In this document: one piece after another, positions 47,598 through 58,752 of the stretch
Position numbering within the stretch: the first letter of the stretch is position 1
Layout of the letters: each line of letters opens with the position of its first letter
From: Desulfuromonadales bacterium
GTDB lineage: Bacteria; Desulfobacterota; Desulfuromonadia; Desulfuromonadales; SZUA-540
Assembly (NCBI GenBank): GCA_033549025.1
Contig: JAWSUS010000003.1
Location: 64,001 to 128,000 of the forward strand
Direction of reading: 5' to 3'
Length of the DNA stretch: 64,000 nucleotides
The notes under the pieces: generated by a model
The model's input: the letters and a program-made list of their open reading frames with translations, nothing else
Database searches by the model: none
Told to the model about the DNA's origin: nothing
Translations under genes and position numbers: made by a program

Positions 47598-49142
47598 TTA
47601 GGTCAGAAGTTGGTGACGCGTCAAAGGCAGTTGTCGCAGTAGGTCGGTGGCGGTCAGGCCGGCGTTACCCAAAACCTGGCCCAGGTCGTCAGCGGCGCGC
47701 CCATGCCAGAAAGCCCCGAGGACGGCGGCGTTAAACGGAGACAATCCCTGGGCAATCAGGCCGGCAATGAGGCCCGTCAACACATCGCCCATGCCGCCCG
47801 TAGCGAGACCGGGGTTCCCCGTACTGTTTACAAACAGATCTCCCTCCGGAGAGGCGATGACGGTCCGGGCGCCTTTGAGCACCAGAGCCACGCCGTATTT
47901 TTTGGCAAAATCGCCGGCAAAACTGACCCGGCCCGCTTCAATCTCGCCCACAGACACCCCGGTCAGCCGCGCCATCTCGCCCGGATGAGGAGTCAGGACG
48001 GTTGTTCCGGCAGAACGGGCAGACAGCAGGTCTTTTTGATCACACAGAGCATTGATACCGTCTGCGTCAATCACCAGAGGGAGCGGGCAATCCCGGACGA
48101 TGCAGCCAGCCAGGGCCGCCGCTCCTTCAGACAAACCCAGGCCGGGGCCGAGGGCAAGCACCTGCTTGTGCTGCCACAGTCGCTTGATATCGTCATAGGC
48201 CCGCAGGTCAAGGGAGCCGGCGGCATCCGGCAGCGAAACCGTCATCGCCTCGGTGAGCTTGGTCTCGAGGATGTCGTGAATGCTAGCGGGACAGCCGACC
48301 GTTACCAGCCCGGCGCCGGATCGTAGAGCGCCCTCGGCGGTCATGGCCGCCGCGCCGGACTTTCCTCTGGACCCGCCCACGACCACCAGATGCCCGAAGG
48401 TCCCTTTATGGCCGGCGAAGGGGCGAGCCGGAAAAAGCGCGGCAGCTTCAGCGGCCTCAACAAAGACAACACCTTCCTCGCTGTCGATCACCTTGGGGGG
48501 AATGCCGATGTCGACAACATGCAACCGACCGGTATGTTCACACCCCGGCGCCAGAATCTGTCCTATCTTGCCGACGGCAAAGGTCACCGTCTCTTCGGCC
48601 TTTACCGCTGTGCCCAGCACGCGACCGCTGGTTGCGTCTATCCCCGAAGGGATATCGACGGAAAAAACCGGGAGCCTACTGTGATTGATCCAGTCGATGG
48701 CTCGGGCATAGTGCCCGCGAACCGGGGAAGACAAACCGGTTCCGAACAGGGCATCAATTACCACACGAGCGTTCACCCTCTCCAGGGCCTGGCTGAGGGA
48801 TGTATCATCGGGACAGAAGGCGATAGTTCCGCCGCAGGCCGTTAACGCCCGCAGATTGACGGCCGCATCTCCGCCAACGGCTTTTTCTTCCGCGAGAACC
48901 AGAGTGATGACCTGCCAGCCGCGGTTATGCAGATGACGGGCCATGACGTACCCGTCGCCGCCGTTGTTTCCCTTGCCGGCCAGCACCACGACCGCCCCGG
49001 GAAAAACAGCCCGAAAATGGGTACAAAACAGTTCGGTGGCAGCTACCCCGGCGTTTTCCATGAGAACGAGGCCGGAGATGCCCATCTCTTCAATGGTCTG
49101 GCGGTCAAATTCTCTCACCTGGTCGGCACGATACAGTTTCAT
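47598..49142 (-). CDS. nnr: bifunctional NAD(P)H-hydrate epimerase/dehydratase
   Basis: LMENAG, GKGNNGGDG, DIPSG, HKG.FG, GPGLG, TPHPGE, GGMGDVL. Confidence 0.96.
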   Translation of the reverse strand: MKLYRADQVREFDRQTIEEMGISGLVLMENAGVAATELFCTHFRAVFPGAVVVLAGKGNNGGDGYVMARHLHNRGWQVITLVLAEEKAVGGDAAVNLRALTACGGTIAFCPDDTSLSQALERVNARVVIDALFGTGLSSPVRGHYARAIDWINHSRLPVFSVDIPSGIDATSGRVLGTAVKAEETVTFAVGKIGQILAPGCEHTGRLHVVDIGIPPKVIDSEEGVVFVEAAEAAALFPARPFAGHKGTFGHLVVVGGSRGKSGAAAMTAEGALRSGAGLVTVGCPASIHDILETKLTEAMTVSLPDAAGSLDLRAYDDIKRLWQHKQVLALGPGLGLSEGAAALAGCIVRDCPLPLVIDADGINALCDQKDLLSARSAGTTVLTPHPGEMARLTGVSVGEIEAGRVSFAGDFAKKYGVALVLKGARTVIASPEGDLFVNSTGNPGLATGGMGDVLTGLIAGLIAQGLSPFNAAVLGAFWHGRAADDLGQVLGNAGLTATDLLRQLPLTRHQLLT

Positions 49143-49522
49143 CGTTTCTCCAGTATAACCGTGGCCAGCGCATAATCACCGTCATGGCTGTAGGAAAGAT
49201 GCAGGGCAGACAGGCCTCTCGCCTGAAAAATTTCGGCTGCTCGCCCTTGAAGCCGCATGGACGGCTTGCCAAGCTCGTCTCTTTCAACGGACATATCCTG
49301 CCAGGAAATGCCTTCACGGAGGCCGAGGCCGAGGGCCTTGAGAAAAGCCTCCTTGGCGGCAAAACGAGCGGCCAGATGGGAGGAAGGATCCTTCATGGCA
49401 AAAGCATAATTCCTTTCGTCCGCCGTAAAGATCCGGTCGACAACGCCAGTTTTCCCCTCCCGCACAAAGCGGCGAAAACGCTCTATCCGAGCCAGGTCTG
49501 TACCTACGCCGGCAATGCCCAA
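49139..49522 (-). CDS. acpS: holo-ACP synthase
   Basis: GVGTDL, RFAAKEA..KALG, SYSHD. Confidence 0.96.
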   Translation of the reverse strand: MGIAGVGTDLARIERFRRFVREGKTGVVDRIFTADERNYAFAMKDPSSHLAARFAAKEAFLKALGLGLREGISWQDMSVERDELGKPSMRLQGRAAEIFQARGLSALHLSYSHDGDYALATVILEKR

Positions 49523-49526
49523 AGAC

Positions 49527-50246
49527 TCAGCCCCCCTTGACCAAGGCGACCATCTCGCGAACCGCGCGTTCCATGCCGACCAGAACCGCCCTGGAAACGA
49601 TACTGTGCCCGATATTGAATTCTTCTATCCCCCCAAGGGCGACCACTTCGCGGATATTCCGATAATCAAGACCGTGACCGGCGTTGACCCCAAGTCCCAG
49701 CTTCCGTGCGGCCCTGATAGCCTGTTCGATCTTCTGCAGCTCCTTCTGGCGATCTTCCGGCAGTCGGGCTTCACAATAGGTTCCCGTATGAATCTCAATA
49801 TACTGGGCACCGACACGATGGGCCATTTTGATCTGCTCGAGATCGGGATCAACAAAAAGACTGACGATGATGCCCCCCTGGCGCAACAATCCCGTCTGTT
49901 TCTGCACAAGATGACGGTTCATGCAGACATCGAGCCCGCCTTCCGTGGTGAGTTCTTCCCGTTTTTCCGGGACGAGGGTCACCATGTCGGGCAGGACCTT
50001 AAGGGCGATGGCCACCATTTCGTCGGTAGCAGCCATTTCCAGATTGAGGCGCGTCTTCACGGTTTTGCGCAGAACCTCAACGTCCCGGTCCTGAATATGG
50101 CGCCGATCTTCCCGCAGGTGGACGGTAATGCCCTCAGCACCGGCCAGTTCCGCCAACCCGGCTGCCATGACCGGGTCAGGTTCGGCAGTTCCCCGCGCCT
50201 GGCGCACAGTGGCCACATGATCGACATTGACACCCAGCTTAGCCAC
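49527..50246 (-). CDS. pdxJ: pyridoxine 5'-phosphate synthase
   Basis: [32 protein letters not shown]. Confidence 0.97.
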   Translation of the reverse strand: MAKLGVNVDHVATVRQARGTAEPDPVMAAGLAELAGAEGITVHLREDRRHIQDRDVEVLRKTVKTRLNLEMAATDEMVAIALKVLPDMVTLVPEKREELTTEGGLDVCMNRHLVQKQTGLLRQGGIIVSLFVDPDLEQIKMAHRVGAQYIEIHTGTYCEARLPEDRQKELQKIEQAIRAARKLGLGVNAGHGLDYRNIREVVALGGIEEFNIGHSIVSRAVLVGMERAVREMVALVKGG

Positions 50247-50247
50247 C

Positions 50248-51621
50248 CTATGCCTCCTTGTTCCGGCCGCTGCCGAGATGTTTTTCGATCATAGCCGCAA
50301 TCTCCTGGGCGTAACCGGTAATCTCCACCTTGTCCTGGCCTTCCAGCATAACGCGCAACAGCGGTTCCGTACCACTGTAGCGAATGAGTACCCGCCCGGT
50401 GTCACCCAATTTTTCTTCCACCGCCGCGATGGTTTTCCGAATATCGGCGATATCGTTGATATCCTTTTTCTCCGCCACCCGGACGTTGAGTAATACCTGC
50501 GGCAGAGCGATCATGACTTTTGCCAAATCCGCCAGAGAACGTCCGCTGCGTTGCATGATGGCCAGCACCTGCAGGGCGGAAACCATGCCATCCCCCGTCG
50601 TGTTGTGATCAAGAAAGATCATATGCCCGGATTGTTCGCCGCCGAGGTTGTAGCCATGCTGGCGCATTTCTTCTACCACGTAGCGGTCACCGACGGCCGT
50701 TTTGACGACCCTGCCTCCCGCCTTGCGAAGAGCGATATCCAGGCCCATATTGCTCATGACTGTCGCGACCAGGGTGTTGTGGGCGAGCCGGCCCTCGGCC
50801 AGCATCTGGGTGGCGCAGATAGCCATGATGTGGTCACCATCGACCTCGTGGCCGAATTCATCGACAAAAATAACGCGATCGGCATCGCCATCAAGGGCAA
50901 TGCCCAGATGGGCGCGGTGTTCCTTGACCTTGTCCGACAGAATCTCCGGGTGCAGGGAGCCGCAGCCGGCATTGATGTTGGTGCCGTTAGGCGAAACACC
51001 GATAGAGATCACCTCGGCGCCCAACTCCTCCAGCACGGCGGGAGCCACCTTGTAAGCGGCGCCGTTGGCGCAGTCCAGCACAATTTTCAGGCCGCTCAGA
51101 TCCATATCCCCCGGAAAGGAGTTTTTCAGAAAAACGATATAGCGCCCCTGGGCATCATCGATGCGGAACGCTTTGCCAACTTCGGCAGCGGTCGGCCGCA
51201 AGGAGTCGATTTTTTGGCTAAAAATGAGATCTTCAATTTTCAGTTCCACTTCGTCGGGCAACTTGAAGCCGTCCCGTGAAAAGAACTTGATCCCGTTATC
51301 CTGGTAAGGATTATGGGAGGCAGATATCACCACGCCGGCATCAGCACGCATGGACTTGGCGATAAAAGCGATCCCCGGAGTCGGCAACGGGCCGACCAGC
51401 AGGACATCGACCCCCATGGAACATATTCCGGCCGACAGGGCATTTTCAATCATGTAGCCGGACAGACGCGTATCCTTGCCGATAACGATACGGTGGCGGC
51501 GATTATCCTTCTTAAAGATGTAGGCAGCGGCCCGGCCGAGTTGCATGGCCATCTCCGTGGTCATCGGATAGACATTGGCCACACCGCGAACGCCATCGGT
51601 GCCAAACAGTTTTTTGCTCAT
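50248..51621 (-). CDS. glmM: phosphoglucosamine mutase
   Basis: [34 protein letters not shown]. Confidence 0.97.
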   Translation of the reverse strand: MSKKLFGTDGVRGVANVYPMTTEMAMQLGRAAAYIFKKDNRRHRIVIGKDTRLSGYMIENALSAGICSMGVDVLLVGPLPTPGIAFIAKSMRADAGVVISASHNPYQDNGIKFFSRDGFKLPDEVELKIEDLIFSQKIDSLRPTAAEVGKAFRIDDAQGRYIVFLKNSFPGDMDLSGLKIVLDCANGAAYKVAPAVLEELGAEVISIGVSPNGTNINAGCGSLHPEILSDKVKEHRAHLGIALDGDADRVIFVDEFGHEVDGDHIMAICATQMLAEGRLAHNTLVATVMSNMGLDIALRKAGGRVVKTAVGDRYVVEEMRQHGYNLGGEQSGHMIFLDHNTTGDGMVSALQVLAIMQRSGRSLADLAKVMIALPQVLLNVRVAEKKDINDIADIRKTIAAVEEKLGDTGRVLIRYSGTEPLLRVMLEGQDKVEITGYAQEIAAMIEKHLGSGRNKEA

Positions 51622-52301
51622 TCCTGCGCTTTCCTTTCCTCCAGTTTCTGAACGCCGGGTTGCGGTTCTACCACCACAAGCACCTCGGCTGATTTCTTGT
51701 CTTTGAGTTCGGTATATTTGCCGCGATAGTTGATGGGCACCATCAGGGTAAAGCTTTCCCTCACCCCCTCCACATCCACGGGCTCGGTGGAGACCTCTGC
51801 CACATCCTTGAGTTCGCTTTCGGACCCCTCGACATCGACCTTGTCTGGTGTGGCTCTAACGGACTTGACCACAAAGCCCTCGGCGGGCTGCCCAGAAATA
51901 ACAGGCTGGACCGGCACCGCCTTGCTGCGAATACGTTCAAGTTTGACATCGACAAAAGAAGGAGACAGCCGGGTCACCTTGAGGGCACTGGGGATATTGA
52001 GCCTCTCTTCCAAGCGCTTAAAGGAGGTCAAACCCGGCTGAAGATCCTTGAGATCGACCGAGATACTGATATCGCTGGGGCTCAGGTTCATGAGAAGAGT
52101 ACGGGGTCCGCTGATCCGCACGTCGACCAGACTGGGCACCTCGTTGGCAACCATCAACCCCCGGGGGGTATTCTTGAGCTCCAGGGGCACGGCATAGCCC
52201 AGTTCCAGCTTCTGCTCGCCCATGACAAAAAACCACAGGACCAGAGCAAAAGAAAGCGAAAGAAGCTTGAGAAGCCAGTTTTCCATCAGTTTGGCGAACA
52301 T
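51618..52301 (-). CDS. cdaR: CdaR (YbbR-domain) regulator of diadenylate cyclase
   Basis: N.LLK.LSL..A..LW TM plus two YbbR-like repeats; lies between cdaA and glmM. Confidence 0.88.
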   Translation of the reverse strand: MFAKLMENWLLKLLSLSFALVLWFFVMGEQKLELGYAVPLELKNTPRGLMVANEVPSLVDVRISGPRTLLMNLSPSDISISVDLKDLQPGLTSFKRLEERLNIPSALKVTRLSPSFVDVKLERIRSKAVPVQPVISGQPAEGFVVKSVRATPDKVDVEGSESELKDVAEVSTEPVDVEGVRESFTLMVPINYRGKYTELKDKKSAEVLVVVEPQPGVQKLEERKAQE

Positions 52302-52308
52302 GATGCCA

Positions 52309-53103
52309 TCAGCTCTTTTTCTTGTTTGTTTTGGGCTCAAGCAGTCGCTTGAGAACCCTCTTCAGGGCGGTTGAGTCAAGGTCGCGGGTAATCCGGCCGC
52401 CGACGACGACGGAGATCTTGCCCGTCTCTTCCGACACCACGATCGCCACGGCGTCCACCAGTTCTGTCAAACCGATGGCCGCCCGATGACGCGTTCCGAG
52501 TGTCTTGCTGATATCGGGATTCTGGGAGAGGGGTAGAAAGCAGCCAGCGCGTTTCAGCCTCCCCTGCTGGATGACCAGGGCGCCATCATGAATGGGCGAA
52601 TACGGGAGAAAAATGGACGTGATCAGGTCACTGGAGACTTTGGCGTCGATCTCCACGCCGACTTCGAGAAAGTCCTTCAGTCCCGTTTCCCGCTCGATAA
52701 CGATGAGCGCGCCGATACGACGGTTGGCCAAGTTGAGAGTCGCCTTGATCAACTCTTCCATGACCTCCGTCTCCTCTTTGTAAGACAGATCGGCAAAGAA
52801 GGGGTTGCGGCCGACATGAATCAGAGCGCGACGGATGTCATTCTGGAATATGACGACAATCACCAGAATGATAGAAGACAGGAAGTTGTCGAGCAGCCAG
52901 TGCAGGGTATAGAGGCCCCCGATCTGGGACGCGACATAGACAAGAAGGATGACGGCGAGACCAAGCAGCATCTGCACGGCCCGCGTCCCTTTGATGAGCA
53001 GAATAATCCGGTAGATGATATAGGCAACGAGGACGATATCGAGCAGGTCCAGCAACCACCTGAAATTTTTGAATCCTTCCAACATGTCGCCCATAAAGAA
53101 CAC
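52309..53103 (-). CDS. cdaA: diadenylate cyclase CdaA (start may be 53094 or 53085)
   Basis: 3 TM segments, IFQ.DIRRAL, HDGA and GTRHRAA motifs, VSEETG. Confidence 0.95.
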   Translation of the reverse strand: MFFMGDMLEGFKNFRWLLDLLDIVLVAYIIYRIILLIKGTRAVQMLLGLAVILLVYVASQIGGLYTLHWLLDNFLSSIILVIVVIFQNDIRRALIHVGRNPFFADLSYKEETEVMEELIKATLNLANRRIGALIVIERETGLKDFLEVGVEIDAKVSSDLITSIFLPYSPIHDGALVIQQGRLKRAGCFLPLSQNPDISKTLGTRHRAAIGLTELVDAVAIVVSEETGKISVVVGGRITRDLDSTALKRVLKRLLEPKTNKKKS

Positions 53104-53114
53104 CGGCCTTGATT

Positions 53115-54338
53115 CTATTTGTTTATAACATCACCTCTTGGTTTGCAGATGGCCCAAGCCATATCGGCCGTCTGCCGGGCAGCCCTGACGTCGTGGACGC
53201 GAAACAGGGTAGCACCCTGCTGCACCCCCAAGGCGACCGTCGCCATGGTCCCCATCACCCGTGCCCCCGGATTCGGTTCATCAAGGACTTTTCCGATGAA
53301 TCCTTTTCTGGAGGTGCCGAGGAGAACAGGTCGACCGAGGGAGCGTAGTTCCCCCAGTCGTCGGATAATCTCGAGATTGCCGTCAAGGTCCTTGGCAAAG
53401 CCGACGCCAGGATCCACTGCCATATGGCTGTCAGGAATGCCGGCCGCCCGCCCCTGCTCAAGACATTGGCGGAGATAGGCAATGACCTCTCCGAGCAGAT
53501 CCTGGTAGCGGGTGTCCTGCTGCATGGCGTCGGGACGACCGCGAGTGTGCATGAGAAAAACCCCGGCCCCGCGTGAAGCCACCGTTTCAGCCATGCGAGG
53601 GTCGAACTGCATGCCGCTTATGTCGTTGACAAAATGTCCCCCGACATCGAGGGAAGCGGCCGCAACCTCGCTTTTGGTCGTGTCGACCGAGAGCAGAACA
53701 TCGAAGCGTTGCCTGATTGCCTCAATGATCGGCACCACCCGGTCTATCTCTGCCCCGCTCTCCACGGCTTCCGCCCCGGGGCGGGTACTTTCGCCGCCGA
53801 CGTCGACCAGATCGGCGCCTTCGGCAACCAGGGTCTCGACTCGTCGCAGAGCGTCATCAAGACTCTGATAGCGCCCGCCATCGGAAAAGGAATCCGGAGT
53901 TACGTTCAGTATTCCCATAATGGCCGGCCGGGACAGATCCAGGAAGCCCTGCCGACCATTGAGCCGGGAGGGCACATTTTCCATATCGCGGAGCAAAGCC
54001 GCTATCTCTTCCCCCAACCCGGCCAACCCGAAAGGCTGGGCGCCAAGACGCCGCCCAAGGAGACTCAACTGCTTGCGCGTGCCGATCAGGATGACATCCG
54101 TATGGTCGATGGTGCAGGCCACGCTGCCACGGGCCACGGCCGCATCCCCACCGACGGCCAGCATCTCCTGCTTGAGGATGTTGGCACAGCGGCAGGGGAT
54201 GGCTGAGATCTTTATCAGCGCCGGCACCATTTTGCCCGCCATTTTTTCCACACCGGCGGGATCGGCACCTATGCGCTGAATCTCGACCCGTGCGGTCTCT
54301 TCATCAGAGACCTGCAGGAGACGCGGCAAAAAGCGCAT
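53115..54338 (-). CDS. folP: dihydropteroate synthase with an N-terminal extension of about 130 aa
   Basis: MGILNVTPDSFSDGG, GGESTRPG, DPG.GF, SRK, RVHDV. Confidence 0.95.
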   Translation of the reverse strand: MRFLPRLLQVSDEETARVEIQRIGADPAGVEKMAGKMVPALIKISAIPCRCANILKQEMLAVGGDAAVARGSVACTIDHTDVILIGTRKQLSLLGRRLGAQPFGLAGLGEEIAALLRDMENVPSRLNGRQGFLDLSRPAIMGILNVTPDSFSDGGRYQSLDDALRRVETLVAEGADLVDVGGESTRPGAEAVESGAEIDRVVPIIEAIRQRFDVLLSVDTTKSEVAAASLDVGGHFVNDISGMQFDPRMAETVASRGAGVFLMHTRGRPDAMQQDTRYQDLLGEVIAYLRQCLEQGRAAGIPDSHMAVDPGVGFAKDLDGNLEIIRRLGELRSLGRPVLLGTSRKGFIGKVLDEPNPGARVMGTMATVALGVQQGATLFRVHDVRAARQTADMAWAICKPRGDVINK

Positions 54339-56212
54339 CAAGCATCTTTCTCGGAAGCGGTCTCCACGCAGGAGCCCTCTCCGGGTGAGATCGTTCCGCC
54401 TGCCTCTTCAGCCGCTTCTTCGACCTTTTTACCGAAGACCATCTCCTGAATCTCGCTACCGTCAAGGTTTTCTCGCTCCAGCAGCGCCTCGGCGACTTTC
54501 ACGAGAGCCTCCTTGTTCGTCTTGAGAATCTCCCGGGTGCGGTCGTAGTTCTCCTGCACGATGCGACGAATTTCACTGTCGATTTCAATAGCGGTCGCTT
54601 CACTGTAGTTCTTCACGTGTCCCATGTCGCGGCCCAGGAAAACTTCGCCCTCTTTTTCCCCGAAAGCCAAAGGCCCGAGCTTTTCGCTCATGCCCCATTC
54701 GCATACCATCTTGCGGGCGATGGCGGTGGCGCGTTCGATGTCGTTGCTGGCGCCGCTGGTGATGCTGTTGAACATGACTTCTTCGGCCACACGACCACCC
54801 ATTAGGGTGCATATCCGGATATAGAGCCCGTCGCGGGTCTCGTTGTACTTTTCTACTTCAGGAAGATACATGGTGACGCCCATGGCCCTTCCGCGCGGAA
54901 TGATGGACACCTTGTGCACGGGATCGGCGCCGGGGATAAAGAGTGCCACCAGGGCATGACCGGCTTCATGATAGGCCGTCACTTTCTTTTCATCTTCAGT
55001 AATCACCATGGACCGACGTTCGGCGCCCATGAGAACCTTGTCCTTGGCCGCCTCGACATCCTCCATGGTGACTTCGTTTTTATCGGCCCGGGCGGCAAGC
55101 AGAGCGGCTTCATTGACCAGGTTGGCCAGGTCTGCTCCCGAAAAACCGGGAGTCCCCTTGGCGACCACCTCAAGGTTAACATCCTTGCTCAAGGGCACTT
55201 TGCGGGCATGCACCTGGAGAATTTTGGTGCGGCCCTTCACATCCGGCCGAGGCACTACCACCTGCCGATCGAAGCGGCCGGGCCTCAGAAGAGCAGGGTC
55301 GAGAACATCGGGCCGGTTAGTGGCGGCGATAAGAATGACACCTTCGTTCGACTCGAAGCCATCCATTTCAACGAGCAGTTGGTTGAGGGTCTGTTCACGC
55401 TCGTCATGTCCACCGCCAAGACCGGCGCCGCGATGGCGTCCGACGGCATCAATTTCATCGATGAAGATAATGCAAGGGGCATTTTTCTTGCCCTGCACGA
55501 AAAGATCGCGCACCCGACTGGCGCCGACGCCGACGAACATCTCGACGAAATCGGAACCGGAAATGGAGAAGAAGGGAACGCCGGCCTCCCCGGCAATGGC
55601 GCGTGCCAGCAGGGTTTTACCCGTACCGGGCGAACCGACCAGCAGGACGCCTTTGGGGATCTTGCCCCCAAGGCGGGAAAACTTCTTGGGATCTTTCAGG
55701 TAAGAAACGATCTCTTCAAGCTCGTCCTTGGCTTCGTCGATGCCGGCCACGTCACTGAACGTTACCACCGCCTGGGTTTCGGAGAGCAGCTTGGCCCGGC
55801 TCTTGCCAAAGCTCATCGCCTTGCCGCCACCGGACTGCATCTGCCGCATGAAGAAGATCCACACCCCGATGAGTAGCAATATGGGGCCCCATGAGACCAG
55901 CAGAGTGAACCAGAAACTGCGGTCGCCTTCGGGCTTGGCCTGAATGACCACGCCCTTTTCACGCAGAGCTGGGATCAGTTCGGGATCGGCGGGTGCAAAA
56001 GACTTGAAAGAGGTATCATCCTTGTACTTACCCTCGATATTCGACCCCTGGACGGTAACTTCCTGCACCTGCCCTTCTTCAACAGCCGCTAGAAAGGCCG
56101 TATAGCTGATGGCTTTCTGCTCGGCACCCTTCTGGGTCATCATATTGAAGAGGAGGATCATCACCAGAGATATGACCAGCCAGAGTGCAATATTTTTATA
56201 AAATTGATTCAC
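54338..56212 (-). CDS. ftsH: ATP-dependent zinc metalloprotease FtsH
   Basis: 2 TM segments, G.PGTGKT, IDEID, RPGRFDR, HEAGH. Confidence 0.98.
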   Translation of the reverse strand: MNQFYKNIALWLVISLVMILLFNMMTQKGAEQKAISYTAFLAAVEEGQVQEVTVQGSNIEGKYKDDTSFKSFAPADPELIPALREKGVVIQAKPEGDRSFWFTLLVSWGPILLLIGVWIFFMRQMQSGGGKAMSFGKSRAKLLSETQAVVTFSDVAGIDEAKDELEEIVSYLKDPKKFSRLGGKIPKGVLLVGSPGTGKTLLARAIAGEAGVPFFSISGSDFVEMFVGVGASRVRDLFVQGKKNAPCIIFIDEIDAVGRHRGAGLGGGHDEREQTLNQLLVEMDGFESNEGVILIAATNRPDVLDPALLRPGRFDRQVVVPRPDVKGRTKILQVHARKVPLSKDVNLEVVAKGTPGFSGADLANLVNEAALLAARADKNEVTMEDVEAAKDKVLMGAERRSMVITEDEKKVTAYHEAGHALVALFIPGADPVHKVSIIPRGRAMGVTMYLPEVEKYNETRDGLYIRICTLMGGRVAEEVMFNSITSGASNDIERATAIARKMVCEWGMSEKLGPLAFGEKEGEVFLGRDMGHVKNYSEATAIEIDSEIRRIVQENYDRTREILKTNKEALVKVAEALLERENLDGSEIQEMVFGKKVEEAAEEAGGTISPGEGSCVETASEKDA

Positions 56213-56341
56213 TTTACCCCCTAAATTTTCTTTTTTTAATCACCCCTCCGGAACAAGGGGCGTGAAAAGCCGGCTGAAACTGAGAAAAAGTACCACAAAC
56301 CCTGCGATTTCACAAGCCGCTTGTCAGGGTTTATCCACCGT

Positions 56342-57712
56342 TTACGGCGACGGATCCGACGCGGAAATTTCCAGCCGCAGAACCGTTCCGCCATCTTGGC
56401 CGGGAGCCAAACCGGCACAACGCCGCCACCCTGCTATCCAGAGAATTTGTCCCTTCCATTCAACCAGAGGGATGCGCTGGCGCTCTTCCCGCAGAATCTT
56501 TTCGTCAACAAAAAAATCTTTCACCTTCTTATGTCCAGCCATCCCCGAAGGCTGAAAGCGATCGCCTTTCCGGAAGGAACGGACCCGAAGAGGGAAGGAC
56601 ACTTTCTCCGCATCAAACTCAACGGCCCGGAGCCCCTCCCCAGCGGATCGGGAGATCAAAGAAACCTTAAGTTCGCGGCCACCGGGAATGGCAAATACAC
56701 CAGGGCCATCAATTTCGACCTCATAAGAGTCCGTGGCAAAAAACGGTTCCCCTCGCAGAAACAACCGATCATAGCGCCGGCAGGACCAGACCCCGCCAAG
56801 AGCAAGGTCGGACTGGGGCGCGGGAGACCGGAGTTGGACATCGATCGCCTCCAGATGCGCCGAAGCAAGGCCATGCACCTGGCCACGCACGTGGATCAGG
56901 CCGTGGCGCAGCACACGTATCCGCAAGGCAGGATGGAGTGAAATCAGTGCGGACCGCTCAAAACAAACCTCTCCATCGACCGCGGTTCCACAGGCAGAAA
57001 AAGCCCTGCGAGTCTCCTGCTGCCAGTAGTCCTCCTCACCGTCAAGACGAGAGGCCAGCGCATTCAGATGGGGAACAATCTGGGGATTAAAGGTCTGCAG
57101 AAGCGGCACGAGCTCATGGCGAATCCGATTGCGCGTAAAACGCCGATCGGCATTGCTTTCATCTTCCACACAGGAGAGGCCATGGGCCTGCAGGTAGCCC
57201 TTTAAACGGGCTGACGACAGATTGAGCAGAGGCCGCACATAAAGCCCGGAGCGGAAACGCATGGCAGCCAAACCCGATAGGCCACTGCCACGGATCAGAC
57301 GATGAAGAAGGGTTTCGGCCTGGTCCCCTTGATGGTGACCAAGCGCCACAGCATCGCAGCCCAAATCAGTCGCCGTTTTTTCGAGGAAAGTCCGGCGAGC
57401 AGACCGAGCCGCCTCTTCGAGTCCAAGCCCACGCCGAGAAGCCAGGGCAGGGACATTTTCAGAGCCGATCGTCAGGGGAACGCTCAACTGTCGGCAGATA
57501 TTCCGCACGAATTCGGCATCGGCCGAACTGGCGGTTCGCATCTGATGATCGAAATGGGCCGCTTCAAGCGTCAGGGGATAGGTTTCCGCCAGTTCACGAA
57601 GCAAGGCCAGCAGCGCGACAGAATCGCCTCCACCCGAGACAGCCACCAGAAGCTTGCTGCCAGGACTGACACGACAGGAGACCCGTAGCGTTCTTTCAAC
57701 CTCTGCGAGCAT
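56342..57712 (-). CDS. tilS: tRNA(Ile)-lysidine synthetase
   Basis: AVSGG.DS, AHFDH, GHH..DQAET, RPLL, DESN, RNRIR. Confidence 0.95.
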   Translation of the reverse strand: MLAEVERTLRVSCRVSPGSKLLVAVSGGGDSVALLALLRELAETYPLTLEAAHFDHQMRTASSADAEFVRNICRQLSVPLTIGSENVPALASRRGLGLEEAARSARRTFLEKTATDLGCDAVALGHHQGDQAETLLHRLIRGSGLSGLAAMRFRSGLYVRPLLNLSSARLKGYLQAHGLSCVEDESNADRRFTRNRIRHELVPLLQTFNPQIVPHLNALASRLDGEEDYWQQETRRAFSACGTAVDGEVCFERSALISLHPALRIRVLRHGLIHVRGQVHGLASAHLEAIDVQLRSPAPQSDLALGGVWSCRRYDRLFLRGEPFFATDSYEVEIDGPGVFAIPGGRELKVSLISRSAGEGLRAVEFDAEKVSFPLRVRSFRKGDRFQPSGMAGHKKVKDFFVDEKILREERQRIPLVEWKGQILWIAGWRRCAGLAPGQDGGTVLRLEISASDPSP

Positions 57713-57724
57713 GATGCCTCAATG

Positions 57725-57755
57725 AAAAAACCCTCCCCGGAAAGCCGGGGAGGGT
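57725..57755 (-). terminator. terminator of the tRNA operon
   Basis: minus strand ACCCTCCCCGG-CTTT-CCGGGGAGGGT followed by a U-tract. Confidence 0.88.
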
Positions 57756-57762
57756 CTGGGGA

Positions 57763-57839
57763 TGGTGGCGGTGCAGAGATTCGAACTCCGGACACTGCGG
57801 ATATGAGCCGCATGCTCTAACCAACTGAGCTACACCGCC
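57763..57839 (-). tRNA. tRNA-Met (elongator, CAT)
   Basis: GGCGGTGTAGCTCAGTTGG...TGCGG-CTCATAT-CCGCA...GTTCGAAT...ACCA; 77 nt; paired G1-C72. Confidence 0.92.
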
Positions 57840-57885
57840 AAACTTTTCGTCTATGTGGACTCCCGGCCTCCGGGAGATCTCTTTT

Positions 57886-57962
<77 letters not shown>

Positions 57963-57975
57963 CCAGGGAGATGGC

Positions 57976-58004
57976 AATTTAGCCAGAACGGAATGTAAAG
58001 TCAA
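57976..58004 (-). promoter_or_regulatory. sigma70 promoter of the tRNA operon
   Basis: TTGACT-17-TAAATT on the minus strand. Confidence 0.75.
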
Positions 58005-58070
58005 GATTTTTTTTCAGCCTTTTCCCCTCTCTTCTTCAGGCAGGCAACAGGACGAAGAAAGCCGCTTTTA

Positions 58071-58742
58071 TCAACGCCTTCTCACCAGCGCCGACAAGCG
58101 TTCCTCCTTTTTCAGGCGCTCAACAACCTGCCCCGCGTCTGCCTCGCCGGCAAAAGGTCCAACCAGCACGCGATGCCAAATTCCCTTGCTGCCCAGGTCC
58201 CCTTTTTCGAGAAAAACAGCGTACCCCTGGGCTTCGAGACGCCCCTTGAGGCGCTCCGCTTCGTCCACGGAACGGAACGAAGCCACCTGCACCACATGGG
58301 TTCCGGCCGGATGACTCTTGGGGGCGGCTGCCGGCGAGGTTTTCGGAGGTTCGGTCGAGGCTTTTTCCGGAGCCTGAACACTGGCCGCGGGCTCTTGGGG
58401 AGAAGGTGGTATCTTGGCGGCAGGAGGACGGTTGATTCCACTCCCCAGCGGCGACTGTCCGGCCATCGGCAGGGTTTCATAAAAAGTCAGGCTCTCGGCC
58501 ACGTCGACCGGTCGGCCCTCTTCTTTTACCTCGCCCTCCACCGCAGCTTCACCCTTTTTATCCACCGGCACGCGCAGGGGCGCCTCCAACTGGGCAGAAG
58601 AATCCGTCGGCGCCGTGGCCCGACCCACCATGAACCCAAGGACAAAACTGACCAGCGACACGGCGAGCATGAGGATCAGCAGAATGACAGCCTGCTTCTT
58701 TTCAATCCGCCGCTGGGAACGTGAAGGAACCTGGCGCATCAT
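58071..58742 (-). CDS. SPOR-domain cell division protein (FtsN/DedD-like)
   Basis: TM, LTFYETL, Pro-rich linker, VQVASF...WHRVLVGPF; downstream of argS. Confidence 0.9.
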   Translation of the reverse strand: MMRQVPSRSQRRIEKKQAVILLILMLAVSLVSFVLGFMVGRATAPTDSSAQLEAPLRVPVDKKGEAAVEGEVKEEGRPVDVAESLTFYETLPMAGQSPLGSGINRPPAAKIPPSPQEPAASVQAPEKASTEPPKTSPAAAPKSHPAGTHVVQVASFRSVDEAERLKGRLEAQGYAVFLEKGDLGSKGIWHRVLVGPFAGEADAGQVVERLKKEERLSALVRRR

Positions 58743-58752
58743 CCTCTCCCGA

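Noticed and set aside
57763..57839. tRNA-Ile2 (CAT) assignment suggested by the neighbouring tilS
   Set aside because: Acceptor stem GGCGGTG lacks the C4-G69/C5-G68 pairs typical of Ile2 and resembles elongator tRNA-Met
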